Shown in pieces: positions 63,479-64,000 of a stretch of DNA of 64,000 nucleotides. Both the position numbers and the translations under genes were made by a program. Source of the stretch: Myxococcota bacterium (GTDB taxonomy: Bacteria > Myxococcota_A > UBA9160 > PR03); NCBI GenBank assembly GCA_041611735.1, contig JBFIML010000012.1, positions 15,433 through 79,432 of the forward strand, given 5' to 3'. How positions within the stretch are numbered: position 1 is the first letter of the stretch; every line of letters begins with the position of its first letter. The notes beneath the pieces were generated by a model, which saw only the letters and a program-made list of their open reading frames with translations, had not been told where the DNA came from and did no database searches.

Positions 63479-64000
63479 GGGGCCCCTCCCTTGTCTCGGG
63501 GCGCGGCGGCCAGGAGCTCGCCGCGACGCCGATTCCTGCGCGCCCTCCGCCCTCGCGCGCCGCGAGGCGTTCGAGCAGGGTGACAGCGTAGCCGTCCCTC
63601 TGGCAGAGGTCCGGTGCTCGACCCACGCTCATGCGCCCTTGGTACGAGCTTCCTCGTGCAGCTCCGGCTGCGCGGCTGGGGCGAGCCGATCGGGCGGAAG
63701 CGCCGACCGGCCCGAGCCGGATGCCGGGATCCGCGGGTGGAGTGCCGATCGCGTAGCCCCCCCCAGGGGGCCGCCCCTGCTCGGGATCCGCGCCGGTTCC
63801 GGGTCCAGCAGCCCGCGCACCGGCTCCACCTCGCCGCAGACCCCGGCAGCTTGGATGCGACGCGCGGCGAGGTCAGGGTGGCGCGCGCGGGCGGACGCCT
63901 GCTGAACCCTTCGCGTAGACTTCTCGCACGTCGTCTCCCAGCCTCCGCGCCGTGCAGAAACGAGGACCTCTCGTGCGCAAGGAACGCTTGACCCCTCGTG

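Overview
This is a 64-kb window from a very GC-rich bacterial chromosome (about 70% GC, with third codon positions almost all G/C in real genes). No rRNA, CRISPR array, IS element or prophage was seen. Because stop codons are rare, the ORF track contains many long antisense 'shadow' ORFs and 5'-overextended ORFs. I trimmed starts using N-terminal family motifs, Shine-Dalgarno sequences and the genome's habit of 4-nt ATGA/GTGA stop/start overlaps.

The left half (1-32.4 kb) is almost entirely minus-strand housekeeping operons:
- rpsB-tsf-pyrH-frr-uppS-dxr-rseP-tsaB
- DUF465-ilvB-ilvN-ilvC-psd-pssA-leuA-leuB-usg-truA-rplM-rpsI
- argC, then pyrG followed by tRNA-Val and tRNA-Arg
- nadK-recN-FHA-M23-secA-argJ

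The gene order resembles Deltaproteobacteria/Myxococcota-type genomes, but that is inference only.

The right half (32.5-64 kb) is accessory:
- a REC-GGDEF regulator and an amino-acid permease fused to two USP domains
- a TetR-MFP-RND efflux operon running straight into a methyltransferase / ArnC-like GT2 / WecD (apparently frameshifted) / WecE sugar module
- chrA
- a small Cys/His-rich exported protein, a CxxC/His-rich outer-membrane barrel and a TlpA-like thioredoxin
- a run of uncharacterised genes: a DUF6351-like hydrolase, DUF2804 and two tandem Cys-rich DUF3604 paralogues
- pckA, a TreT-like trehalose synthase and an SDR

The strongest single signal is a secreted Bcp-type peroxiredoxin whose catalytic Cys codon is an in-frame TGA followed by a SECIS-like hairpin. 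It is a predicted selenoprotein that the ORF track splits in two.

All family names come from motif recognition by eye and from memory. None has been checked by a database search.
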